From Octopus sinensis (lineage: Eukaryota), in contig NC_043002.1 of NCBI RefSeq assembly GCF_006345805.1, forward strand, positions 108,252,001 through 108,316,000: 64,000 nt of DNA. Direction: 5' to 3'. Both the position numbers and the translations under genes were made by a program. Numbering within the stretch: position 1 is the first letter of the stretch; every line of letters begins with the position of its first letter. Positions 39,970 to 51,604 of this stretch are shown here, in pieces. The notes under the pieces are model-generated. The model saw only the letters and a list, made by a program, of their open reading frames with translations, was not told where the DNA came from and searched no databases.

Positions 39970-41500
39970 GAAGGTGGTGAGCTGGCACACCGGGCGAAAT
40001 GCTTTGCGGTATTTCGTCTGCCACTATGTTCTGAGTTCAAATTCTGCTGAGATCGACTTTGCCTTTCATCCTTTCGGGGTCGATTAAATAAGTACCAGTT
40101 ACGCACTAGGGTCACTATAATTGATTTAATCCGTTTGTCTGTCCTTGTTTGTTCTCTCTGTGTTTAACCCCTTGTGGGTAGTAAAGAAATAGGTATTTCG
40201 TCTATCACTACGTTCTGAGTTCAAATTCCGCCAAGGTCGACTTTGCCTTTCATCCTTTCGGGGTCGATTAAATAAGTACCAGTTACGCACTGGGGTCGAT
40301 ATAATTGACTTAATCCGTTTGACTGTCCTTGTTTGTCCTCTCTGTGTTTAGCCCCTTGTGGGTAGTAAAGAAATAGGTATTTTATTCTATTGACCCCACA
40401 AAAGAATAAAAGGTAAAGTTGACCTCGGCAGGATTTTAGCTCAGAACTTAAAGAGTTCCAAGAAATGCCGCAAAGCATTTTGTATGACATGCTCATAATT
40501 CTGCCAACTCACCACCTTAATGATGATAACGATGATGATGATGATCCTTTCTACAAAGGCGCAAGGCCTAAAATTTTGGGTGAAGGGGCAAGTCGATTAC
40601 ATCAACTCCAGTACTCAACTGGTACTTAATTTACTGAAAAGTAACAGTTTTAGCACAAGGCCAGCAATTTTTGGAGATGGGGTAAACTGATTGCATTGAC
40701 TCTAGTGATTTTATCAACCCTGAAAGGATAAAAGGCAAATTTGACCTTGGTGGAATTTGAACTCAGAACATAAAGACAGACAAAATACCACTGAGCATTT
40801 CACCCAACATGCTAACGTTTCTACCAGCTTGCTGCCTTGTTTTCCATATGTATTCTTTTCTACTTTAGGCACAAGGCCCGAAATTTTGGGGGAGGAGGCT
40901 AGTTGATTACATCGACCCCAGTATGCAACTGGTACTTAATTTACCAACCCCAAAAGGATGAAAAGCAAAGTTGACCTCAGTAGAATCTGAACTCAGAACA
41001 AAAAGGCAGACGAAATACCACTAAGCATTTCACCCAGTGTGCTAATGTTTCTGCCAGCTTTCCACCTTGTTTTCTAGATATATATTGAATAAATTAGGGT
41101 GGCAAGCTGGAACGATTGTTAGCATGTCGGACAAAATGCAGCCAAGCATTTTGTCCAGTTTTATGCTCTGAGTTCAATTTCTGCCAAAGCCAACTTTACC
41201 GTTTATCCTTTCAGGGTTATTAAAATAAGTAACAGTTGACTTACCTGCTCCCCCAAATTTGCTGGCCTTGTGTCAAAATTTTTCTTTTCCTACTCTAGGC
41301 ACAAGGCCCGAAATTTGGGGAGAGCAGTCAATTAGATCGACCCCAGTATGCAACTGGTACTTAATTTATCAACCCTGAAAGGATGAAAGGCAATGTCAAC
41401 CTCGGTGGAATTTGAACTCAGAACGTAAAAACAGATGAAATACTACTAAGCATCTCTAGCCAGCCGTGCTAATGTTCCTGCCAGTTTGCCGCCTTATAAT
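39970..41500. mobile_element. Cluster of SINE family B copies in both orientations
   Basis: Plus-strand tandem at about 39970-40380, and minus-strand copies at about 40385-40520, 40550-40840, 40860-41065 and 41290-41475. Confidence 0.8.
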
Positions 41501-42129
41501 AATAATAATATAATAATAATAATAATTTACCACCAGGCCAGAAATTTTGAGGAGAGGTGGTAATGAGAATAATAAAAATTCATACAAAAATAGCTGCAGT
41601 ATCAACAGTCTCACTAGTTACAAGTACTGTTCTGAGATGTTATGCCACCAATGATAAAAGTACAGGGTCTCACCTGTAGCAGCTTAGTCATGTCTACCTT
41701 AGTAATTCTGCAAATATACAGAAATAGAGTGGACACCAGAGACAACACAATGTACCCAGGGAGCACAATCCCATACAGAACATAAGGTGCTCAGCAAGGC
41801 AGAGACGTGCTTCATCTCATGCCAATATTTGTGGCTTACATATTAATCATCCAGGTAACTTCATATGTGAACCATATGTTAGATTTAGGTGTTGTTATTA
41901 GGTCTGACACCTCTCACAACTCAAAATACATGGGAGAAGTTGTTGTTGTTGTTGTTAATGATTAGCACTGAATCTGATCCTGCAGATCCATGATTAAAGA
42001 CGTTCCAACCATGACTATCCTGTTTTTTTTTTTTTTGGTGGGGTTTTGTTTTTATATATCAGGGACTGTTTTGTCCCAACACAAATTGGCACCCAAGCAA
42101 TGTTATGTAAAAGCACCCTGGTGTCACGC

Positions 42130-42580
42130 AAATAGCACCCATGCCAGTGGCACGTAAAAGCACCCATTATACTCTCAGAATGAATGGTGTTAGGAAGGGC
42201 AACCAGCTGTAGAAAACCATGCCAAATCAGACAGGAGTCTGGTGCAGCCTTCCAGTGTGCCAGCCCAGTCAAACCTATTTCTTTATTACCCACAAGGGGC
42301 TAAACACAGAGGGGACAAACAAGGACAGACATAGGTATTAAGTCGATTACATCGACCCCAGTGCGTAACTGGTACTTAATTTATCGACCCCGAAAGGATG
42401 AAAGGCAAAGTTGACCTCGGCGGAATTTGAACTCACAACGTAACGGCAGACGAAATACCGCAAAGCATTTCGCCCGGCATGCTAACGTTTCTGCCAGCTC
42501 ACCGCCCAGTCAAACCGTCCAACCCATGCCAGCATAGACAACGGACGTTAAATGATGATGATGATGATGATGATGATGAT
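42130..42580 (+). mobile_element. RTE 3' UTR fragment with a nested SINE B (42276-42503, minus)
   Basis: The 13 bp TSD GCCCAGTCAAACC is at 42263-42275 and 42504-42516. Confidence 0.85.
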
Positions 42581-43149
42581 GTATCCTGTGTGACATGATG
42601 GAAACTTGACTGCCATTTCTAACAGGATGACCAACCACTTCAAGACACCATTTGTTGGCTGATCTAAGCTTTGCTTACAGCTGTATTTAAAAAGAATAAC
42701 TCTCTCTGTTTTACTCTCTCTCCCTCACACACACACATGTGCTGTGTTGGAAGATCTCATTATATTCTAATGGTCAGAAACTGAAGGAATGGTTGCCACC
42801 ACTAGGAAGCAATTTACTTAATTTCTACAATGAGGAAGTTCTCCATTTTGGTGAACGGCAGTAAAAGTGACCCAAAACAATTAGTGAATTGGACAGGTGT
42901 TTTGTTACACAGAAAAGAGAGAGTGTAACTTAAGTGGAAGAAGGTGTGGTGTGTAACGTAAGACAGAGAGGAGGGAAGTGTTACACATGCCTCCAGGCTT
43001 CTATTTTACGTAGTCCTGGTTTATATTTAGGAACAACAAACAACAAAAACAAACAAAAAGGAGAACAGAGGTCTAGTATCACACACACATGCACACACAG
43101 ATATATGCATGCATGCACACACTTATGTAATGACACGAACATACAAAAC

Positions 43150-43545
43150 TCTGGTGGTGAGCTGGCAGAATCGTTAGCACGCCGGGCGAAATGCGTAGCC
43201 ATATTTCGTCTGTCGTTACGTTCTGAGTTCGAATTCCACCAAAGTCGACTTTGCCTTTCATCCTTTCAGGGTCGATAAATATAGTACTAGTTATGCACTG
43301 GGGTCGATGTAATCGACTTAATCCCTTTGTTTGTCCTTGTTTGTCCTCTCTGTGTTTAGCCCCTTGTGGGTAGTAAAGAAATAAGTATTTCGTCTGTCAT
43401 GACGTTCTGAGTTCAAATTCTGCCAAGGTCGACTTTGCCTTTCATCCTTTCGGGATCGATAAATATAGTACCAGTTATGCACTGGGGTCGATGTAATCAA
43501 CTTAATCTCTTTGTTTGTCCTCTATGTTTAGCCCCTTGTGGGCAA
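43150..43545 (+). mobile_element. SINE family B tandem dimer
   Basis: The junction AAAGAAATAAGTATTTCGTC is at about 43375-43394. Confidence 0.85.
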
Positions 43546-44089
43546 TAAATAAAATAACAAACATACAAAACTCCTGCAAATACAAACATAGTCAAAGGAT
43601 CTTCAATGTGGTCACTGCTTGACCTGCTGAAAAAAATAACAGCCAAAAACTCACTCAAACTGCATCCTACCATCTAGAAAAGGATACATTGGACAATGTT
43701 GTCTGGTAAGTTTGGGTGGGTGGGGGTATACTGAATTTGAAAACAAGATGGGGTGGTCATGGCCAAGAGGTCTTTAATTATAGGTCTGTTCCATCAGAAG
43801 AGACCAGGGCTAAATAACAACATATACACACACACGGAAACTCAAACATACTCAAGTACAAAGCAAACACACACACACACAAGAACTAACAGCACACGCC
43901 AGCACACAAAATGACCTTTCCACCTCATAAAGCATGCCTACTACCACCACCAAAAAAATATGGTGTTGTCTTATATTCGAGGTACAAAATGTAAACCTTA
44001 AGTGCTGTAGTGTTGGGTAAGTTGTTAATATAGATGGTGAGTGTTAAGACAAAAATCTAAAGATTCTGTATTTTGCTTAATAATTGAAG

Positions 44090-44530
44090 CCTCCGTGCCG
44101 GTGACACGTAAAAAGCACCATCTGTTCGTAGCCGTTGCCAGCCTCGCCTGGCCCCCGTGCCAGTGGCACGTAAAAAGCACCATCCGTTCATGGCCGTTGC
44201 CAGCGCCGCCCCGTCTGGCCTCCGTGCCGGTGTCACGTAAAAGCACCATCCGTTCGTGTCCGTTGCCAGCCTCGCCTGGCCCCCATGCCGGTGGCACGTA
44301 AAAGCACTATCCATTCGTGGCCATTTGCCAGCTCTGTCTGGCTCCTGTGCGGGTGGCACGTAAAAAGCACCCACTACACTCGCTAAGTGGTTGGCGTTAG
44401 GAAGGGCATCCAGCCGTAGAAACACTGCCAGATCAGACTGGGCCTGATGCAGCCTTCTAGCTTCCCAGACCCCAGTTGAACTGTCCAACCCATGCTAGCA
44501 TGGAAAACGGACGCTAAATGATGATGGTAT
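44090..44530 (+). mobile_element. RTE 3' UTR fragment with five hairpin-containing tandem units of about 60 bp
   Basis: GTGCC(A/G)GTG(G/A/T)CACGTAAAA(A)GCAC is repeated five times, followed by the standard RTE tail and (GAT)n. Confidence 0.85.
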
Positions 44531-45050
44531 GATGAATTGAATATTGAGAAGTAGGATCTAACTGTGCTGGAGCCACGAGAAAAGAAAAAAGAGAGCATCC
44601 AGTACATAGTGTTAAGTGGTTGGCTGCAGGAAGAGCATCCAGCTGTAGAAACCAAGCGAATGTAAACATTGGAACTTAACATAGTCCTGTCCTGTGGTTT
44701 GTCAGATGTTGTCAAACTGTCCAACTAATGCCAGCATAGAAGACAGATTTTAAATGATGGTAGGTGAGGTCTTTAGAAGTCACCTTGATTTTTTTCCAGC
44801 AGACACTGGAGCAGCAAAGTTGAAACTGGATGTTGGCCACATCAAGAGTGCAATGAGAGTAAAGAGACTTGCTGAAGATGATTGTGCTGTTCCTCTTCCA
44901 CTGAATAACTTGTGGGGGTGGGGTGACTATTAAAAGGGGCTGCACATGTTTTACGGTCCCTTTCTTATTTCATGGAATCCTTTTTTTTGTTCAATTGTTT
45001 CAGCTCCTCTACCCAGCAGACACACACACACACACATACATACATCCACA

Positions 45051-45089
<39 letters not shown>

Positions 45090-45094
45090 TGTGT

Positions 45095-45185
<91 letters not shown>

Positions 45186-47389
45186 GGCAACCCTCTAAAA
45201 GAAAATGATTTTTTCAGAATGGAAACTCTTGTGTGTGTCAAACTTTTGACAAAATCCAGAGCATTTCAGCTTATTTATTTATTTATTCATTTATTTAACT
45301 CTTTATTTATGAAGTTATTTAGGGATGTAGGGGGATGTATTTACTATTTATATATGGGTGAGGCCTTCTTATCTTGTTCCTGCAGAGGACAGAAAAATCT
45401 GATCAAATTTCAGAAAATAGAAAATTCATTTAAAAACATTATTCCATGTGCTGCTGTGTTGGAAGATACCATTATAGAGTTGAAGTAAGAATGAACATTT
45501 CCATATTCTAAACTACTTTTTTTTCAACCGTGAATTACACCACATTCACCAAAGAAAGTAAAGAAACAGATGACCTGCTCGATTCATTTCAGGTCAACAC
45601 CCTTTTATTTCCATAGCACAATAAGGTCTGTATGGCGCAGGCCAGACAACGTAATCCTTCTCTGAAGGGGTTTCTGTTTCCAGACACAAATGTCATCTGG
45701 AAAAAATTTGCTTCAAACACCGGCAACAAGTAGTGGGGTGGATCAGGGGTCACACAAATAAACTTCTGGGTCTGTTGAACAAATTATAGTTGTGTGTGTG
45801 TGTGTATAAACACGTTACATACATAGATACGTGTATGCATGTATATGAACACACATGCATACACACACACATATACACAAATATGTATCCAGCTTAATGG
45901 TTGTGGCCATGCTGGGATACACTACTGTTAAGACAGCCCTCCTCTTGTATTTGGGTTTTAATAAATGAGGAACTTTTTTCTGCTGCCATTGGATGCATTT
46001 CTTGCCATTACATCGGTTCATCTGTGATTATTTCAGGGAGAAGAATATATATACTGCTATATTTGGTGGGGGTCAGCTTTATTATTATTTTTAGTTCATT
46101 TGCCAAACAGCTAAGTAGTTGTCAGATGGTGATGGGACACACACACAAACAACAGAGACTTTCTGAACACCATTTCGAAACACGCATGGAGTCGAACTAG
46201 GGACAGCTGATGAAGGGGAATTTTCCTTGTGTTGTTTGTCTTGTACTCTGTTTTTTTCGTTGTTAAAAAAAAAGGTCCGTTTCCATGTTTGTTTTTACGT
46301 TTTCGTTTCTCTGATGAAACAGAGGACTGCGAGATGCCTTTCCTAACACCAAACCACCGGCATGGGGGCCAGTCAGGCGGTACTGGCAATGACCTCACTC
46401 GAATCTTTTTACACGTGCCACTGGCACTGGTGCCAGTGAAGTGACATTGGTAACGATCACGCTCAAATGGTGCCCTTTTACATGTCACGGGTATGGAAGC
46501 CAGTTGGCTGCTCTGGCAACGATCACGTTCGGATGGTGCTCTTGACACCCTACTAGCACAGGCATAAGTGCCAGTAAGGCGATGCTGGTAACGATCATAC
46601 TCGAATAGCTGCTCTGTCAACGATCACACTCGTATGGTGCTCTTTGCACCCCGCTAGCATGGATGCCAGTCATCGAATTGATTTTGATTTTGGTCTTGAT
46701 TTCACTTGCCTCAACAGGTCTTCGCAAGCAGAGTTTAGTGACCAAAGAAGGAAAAGTTACGCATAAGCGGGCCGGTTACGCTCCTGGCATAGGCCACAGG
46801 TTATGGTCTCATTTGGCTTGCCGAACAACAAACAAGATGAGAACAAATATCCGTCAAATGTAAATAATGTACCTATTGTGTTGTTGAGCACTCCCAATGA
46901 TTAGATATCTCACTGAGATAATCTAAGATTATCCTAAGAGATTTACATTCATCTATCTACTTCATAGATTCTGACAATGTATTTAAGTACCCCCCACCTT
47001 GCAGCAGCCTTAGCCTAGAAGTGCAGCACTTTGAAAATAGCTGTTTTTATTATTTTCTCAGGGAATTATAATTACTCAATGAAATATAAAATAGCTATTT
47101 TGTTCCTTTTGCCATTCCTCATTGATGTTTTTACCAACTCCTTGTGATGTTAACAACTGTATGTGTTTGTGTGTCCATGTTTGTCCCCTACCATCTCTTG
47201 ACAACCAATGTTGGTGTGTTCACGTCCTCAAAACTTAGCAGTTTGGCAAAGGAGACCGATAGAATAAATATTAGGCTTGCAAAGAATAAGCCCTGGGGTT
47301 CGATTTGTTTGACTAAAAGCAGTGCTCCAGTATGGCTGCAGTCAAATGACTGAAACAAGTAAAAGGATATACACACACCACACACACAC

Positions 47390-47424
<35 letters not shown>

Positions 47425-47446
47425 CACACACATATATACACATACG

Positions 47447-47484
<38 letters not shown>

Positions 47485-47785
47485 CACACAAACACAAACA
47501 TACATATATACACATACACACACATATACATATAGAGATTATATAGTGATAGATTTCCTCATCAATATCTTGGAAACAATATCTCACTGGAATATAAACA
47601 CGAGTATTTTATGTGAAGTGTATCTTTATGTTGTATCATTTTAACAAGAATAAAAGAAATAGAATTGGTATTAATGATGCCTAGCTCCTTTTCATATCTG
47701 AACTGGTCATAAACATCTGTTGCCATGGATGGTCAACATTAATTTATTTACTGGTATTGAATCATAGCCATGTGGTAGAGATGAG

Positions 47786-48200
47786 TTTCATTTCATTTCA
47801 TTTCATTTCATTTGAGTTTGAGTCCATGCTCAGGCCAAGTCGAAGACTCCACCCTCAGAGTCTGGTGTGGTTGCCAGGTTGTATTCTCTGTTTAATTTTG
47901 ACATGTGTAGGAGCGAGTTTGAGTCAGTTTGTGCTCGTTGTGTATATCCTGGGAGATGGGGTTCATCTCTAATGGTGCTTAAGTATCTATCCAGCTGCAA
48001 TTTGAATGATTCCACACTGCATCCTGATAGATTTCTTACATGTACCGGAATGGAGTTGAATAGTTGTGCTCCTCGAACCAACAGACTTGACTCTCGCAGG
48101 GTTTTTGCTGCCTGGCCAGCCTTTTTGTTGATTGGTGGTAGCTGGCAGCGTCTTCCGTGGCGCAGTGAGTGGTAGGTTTTGATACCAAAGTTGCTTTCGT
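47786..48200 (-). pseudogene. L2/CR1-group LINE 3' fragment with (GAAAT)n tail
   Basis: ORF 47830-48234 contains NFGIKTY...RHGR...TLRESSLLVRGAQLFNSIP...SFKLQLDRYL...DEP, typical of the post-RT C-terminus of CR1/L2-group LINEs. The tail is the pentanucleotide tract at 47786-47813. Confidence 0.8.
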
Positions 48201-49029
48201 TTTTTTGGGTTTTTTTTTGCACATATTCAAACAAGGTCTCTGGTCTGAGAATAACTCACAAGTAATAATTTCATCCTCCCTTTTCTCCATCCATGATGGA
48301 AACGCTACAAAAAAAAAAACGAAAAACAAAATGGCCACCAGCATTTCTCTTCCTCCTTTGGCTAAGCCATTGAAAAATTAAAACCTTGACTAGGAAACCA
48401 AAATTATCAGTATGGCCAGCAGACAGGTAAATGAAGTCAAGTGGATATTAAAAGATTGCAGTTGTCAAACTTTTGTTTTACTTTTGATATTAAATGTCTA
48501 AAGGTCAAGGAATTGTTTGGTTTTTATTTGCTCAGAGAAAAAATAGTCTCTTCTCAAAGATTCTTTGCAGCTGTAAGCAAACAAGGAAACAATAAATTAT
48601 CCATGACCCAAATTAGTTCTTACTAATTTGTAATAAATTTTAATTCACTTCTTGAGTCCGATTGTTTCTTATCTGATATTGTTTACGCGATTATGGAAGG
48701 CCAAAGGTGTTACAAAGAAAGATCTGTGACAGCATGGTTCTAAAGTGACTTTCTTAAGCACAAGTCATGTCTTACCCATTTATCAATTTCACTCTTTTGG
48801 TTCCAACCCTCCAGAAACCAACTCTGATTCTATGACACAAACTTATGGTTTTAAAGCCATCGAAATTTCACGTTAATTTGTTCCAAACACTGGCTTAGGG
48901 TATTTTACTAAATTTTTCCTTCATCATCGATTAACGTCCATTTTCCATGCAGGCATGGAAAATGGACAATTTTCCTTATTTTGAAAAATATGATTAAAAC
49001 AAAAGTAATGTATTTAAACAGACATATAC

Positions 49030-49450
49030 TCTTTACTCTCTTTACTCTTTTACTTGTTTCAGTCATTTGACTGCAGCCATGCTGGAGCACCACCTTTAGT
49101 TGAGCAAATCGACCCCGGGACTTATTCTTTGTAAGCCCAGTACTTATTCTATCGGTCTCTTTTTGCCGAACCGCTAAGTGACGGGAACGTAAACACACCA
49201 GCATCGGTTGTCAAGCAATGCTAGGGGGACAAACACAGACACACAAACACATACATACATATATATATATATATACATATATACGACAGGCTTCTTTCAG
49301 TTTCCGTCTACCAAATCCACTCACAAGGCAAGGCATTGGTCGGCCCGGAGCTATAGCAGAAGACACTTGCCCAAGGTGCCATGCAGTGGGACTGAACCCG
49401 GAACCATGTGGTTGGTAAGCAGGCTACTTACCACACAGCCACTCCTGCGC
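49030..49450 (-). mobile_element. SINE family A
   Basis: Reverse complement of the consensus. Confidence 0.85.
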
Positions 49451-49758
49451 CTATATGGTAACAAAAAGGTTAAAACATGTTTGAAATTCTGTTATTTGGA
49501 GAAAATTGAAAGCAAGAACCACAGAAAATGAGGAATAAAAGTTTCTAAATTTATTAGATTAAAATTTTTGAGGAATAAAAACATGTGACCCAGTTATTCC
49601 ATGAAAAACACAGGAGGCAGAATTCCTTTACCAGAAAAATTGAAATACTAAATAAATGAAGAAAAAAATAAAGCCAAACACAAAAATATTGAATAGATAA
49701 TTAAATATATTCTAATGTCACCCCTGAAATATTTCATTTTAATAATGGTAATATTATA

Positions 49759-49905
49759 CAGTTCTATATTTAAGAGATGAGGAATTATGTACATTATTTA
49801 CATTTGATAGATATTTGTCATTATCTTGTTTGTTAACACATTTCAACTGATATACCCTCCAGCCTTCATCAGGTGTCTTGGGGAAATTTTGAAGGTATTT
49901 TTCGA

Positions 49906-49949
<44 letters not shown>

Positions 49950-50241
49950 TCACTGCTTGGAATCGAACTCAGAATCTTGGGGTTAGTAGCCCGTGCTCTT
50001 AACCACTACGCCATGGGCATATGGCTTAGTGGTTAAGAGCACAGGCTACTAACCCCAAGATTCCAAGTTTGATTCCAAGAAGTAACCTGAACAACAACAA
50101 CAACAGAAACAACAAGAACATTGAAAAATACCTTAGGAATGAGAACCCAGGTTCGAAATTTCCCCAAGACACTTGATGAAGGCTGAAGGGTATATCAGCC
50201 GAAACGTTGTGTTAACAACAAACAAGATGAGGACAAATGTA
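49759..50241. mobile_element. Head-to-head palindromic element: tRNA-like head, (AAT/AAC)n, hammerhead motif and tail in each arm
   Basis: Inverted tRNA-like heads at 49946-50014(-) and 50015-50089(+). Hammerhead motifs at 49835-49877(-) and 50168-50213(+). The 18 bp direct repeat AATAATGGTAATATTATA is at 49741-49758 and 50242-50259. Confidence 0.85.
50168..50213 (+). ncRNA. Minimal type I hammerhead-like motif
   Basis: GACAC-TTGATGA-A-GGCTGA/TCAGCC-GAA-ACGT (palindrome)-T-GTGTT. The sister arm has the canonical CTGATGA. Confidence 0.7.
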
Positions 50242-51301
50242 AATAATGGTAATATTATATTCTTTGTTTTTCTTGTGGCTAAGAATAAAAATTCTTGAGT
50301 TAGGAAACAATCATTGATGAACTATAAGCATTGAGAGTCTTTAAGGACCAAAAGGGGTAATACGACTGTGTGTGTTTGTGTTGGGAGGAAGGGATGGAAG
50401 TTTGAGGATTTAAGGAAATGTTTTGCCCTTTTAAGGGAGAAGTCAAAATGGTTATTCTTTGGTTGAAGAAACATTAACTCCAAGCCAGCCATGGTTGAGC
50501 AGAGTTATTATAATCAAAAGAGTTCCAGGCATGACCATCCTACTTTTTCAGCCATCCTACATGACATTATGATGATGTGGCCTATTTTAAGACAACAGGA
50601 TGCAATGCAAGAGAGATTTGACTACTATTTCCAGCAGATCAAGCAACAATCTATAAGCCTCCTGGTTAGCTCATGAGGAAATCACTGGATGGTTATTGAT
50701 AAATCGTCTTTGATCATAGGTCTGTCCTGTCAGGGCTAACTTTGGGCTAAATAACAACACCAAAAGTAGCAACAAGATGAAAAGGGGACCATTATACAAA
50801 TCATTCACAAATAGCAGTCAAACCACCCTTAACTGACACATTAAACCACATAGTTCTAGATATGACCACATACCTACTGACCTGGGGTTAAAAAACAACC
50901 CCAACCACAAGTTTTACTACTACAGTAACCACATAGTACAGCAGAGTTAATACAGTATCCAACTCAACTGAACTAAACTAAGACCTGGCTTGTAATCAAC
51001 CATAATTAATTGATAATAGCAATAATTATTTCTAATGACTATAGCTAATTAGTACAAGATATTTTAAAGTCCACCTAATAATAAACAAGTACAAACACAA
51101 TGGTTATTAACTACTCTCCCCTCTTCTTTTTCCCTCTTTTCTTTCTTGTTTTTTTCTCTTTTTCTTTCTTTGTTATTCAGTCGGTTAGATTAAACCTTTA
51201 ATCTTTATCAGGTTATTAAGGGCATCAGCAATGAACTTCTTATACAGTCAACTCCTCTAGAGTCTATACACTTCATCGGTATAGAGTATGACTATATATA
51301 T

Positions 51302-51513
51302 ACGTTAGCACGCCGGGCGAAATGCTTAGCGGTATTTCGTCTGCGTTACGTTGTGAGTTCAAATTTCGCCGAGGTCGACTTTGCCTTTCATCCTTTCGGG
51401 GTCAATAAATTAAGTACCAGATACGCACTGGGGTCGATGTAATCGACTTAATACCTATGTCTGTCCATGTTTGTCCCCTCTGTGTTTAGCCCCTTATGGG
51501 CAATAAAGAAATA
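51302..51513 (+). mobile_element. 5'-truncated SINE family B
   Basis: The TSD GGTATAGAGTATGACTATATATA starts at 51278 and at 51514. Confidence 0.88.
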
Positions 51514-51565
51514 GGTATAGAGTATGACTATATATATATATATGTATGTATATATATATATACAT

Positions 51566-51604
<39 letters not shown>

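Noticed and set aside
44090-44390. CRISPR-like look of a 25 bp palindromic repeat with about 35 bp intervals
   Set aside because: The intervals are homologous to each other, the array lies in an RTE 3' UTR, the DNA is eukaryotic, and there are no cas genes.
46150-46235. GACTT-CTGAACA...GAAACACGCATG-GAGTC and a following CTGATGAAGGGG
   Set aside because: It has a hint of helix I, but the core is unpaired at 3:8 and helix II is missing. Too degraded to call.
49946-50089. Possible true tRNA genes
   Set aside because: There is no acceptor stem pairing, the loop would read ACT, and the heads run into simple repeats. They are tRNA-derived heads.
51120-51300. Polypyrimidine tract plus CAG as a plus-strand acceptor
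   Set aside because: All three frames stop soon after the first AG, and the frame after the second AG gives no recognisable peptide or clear donor.
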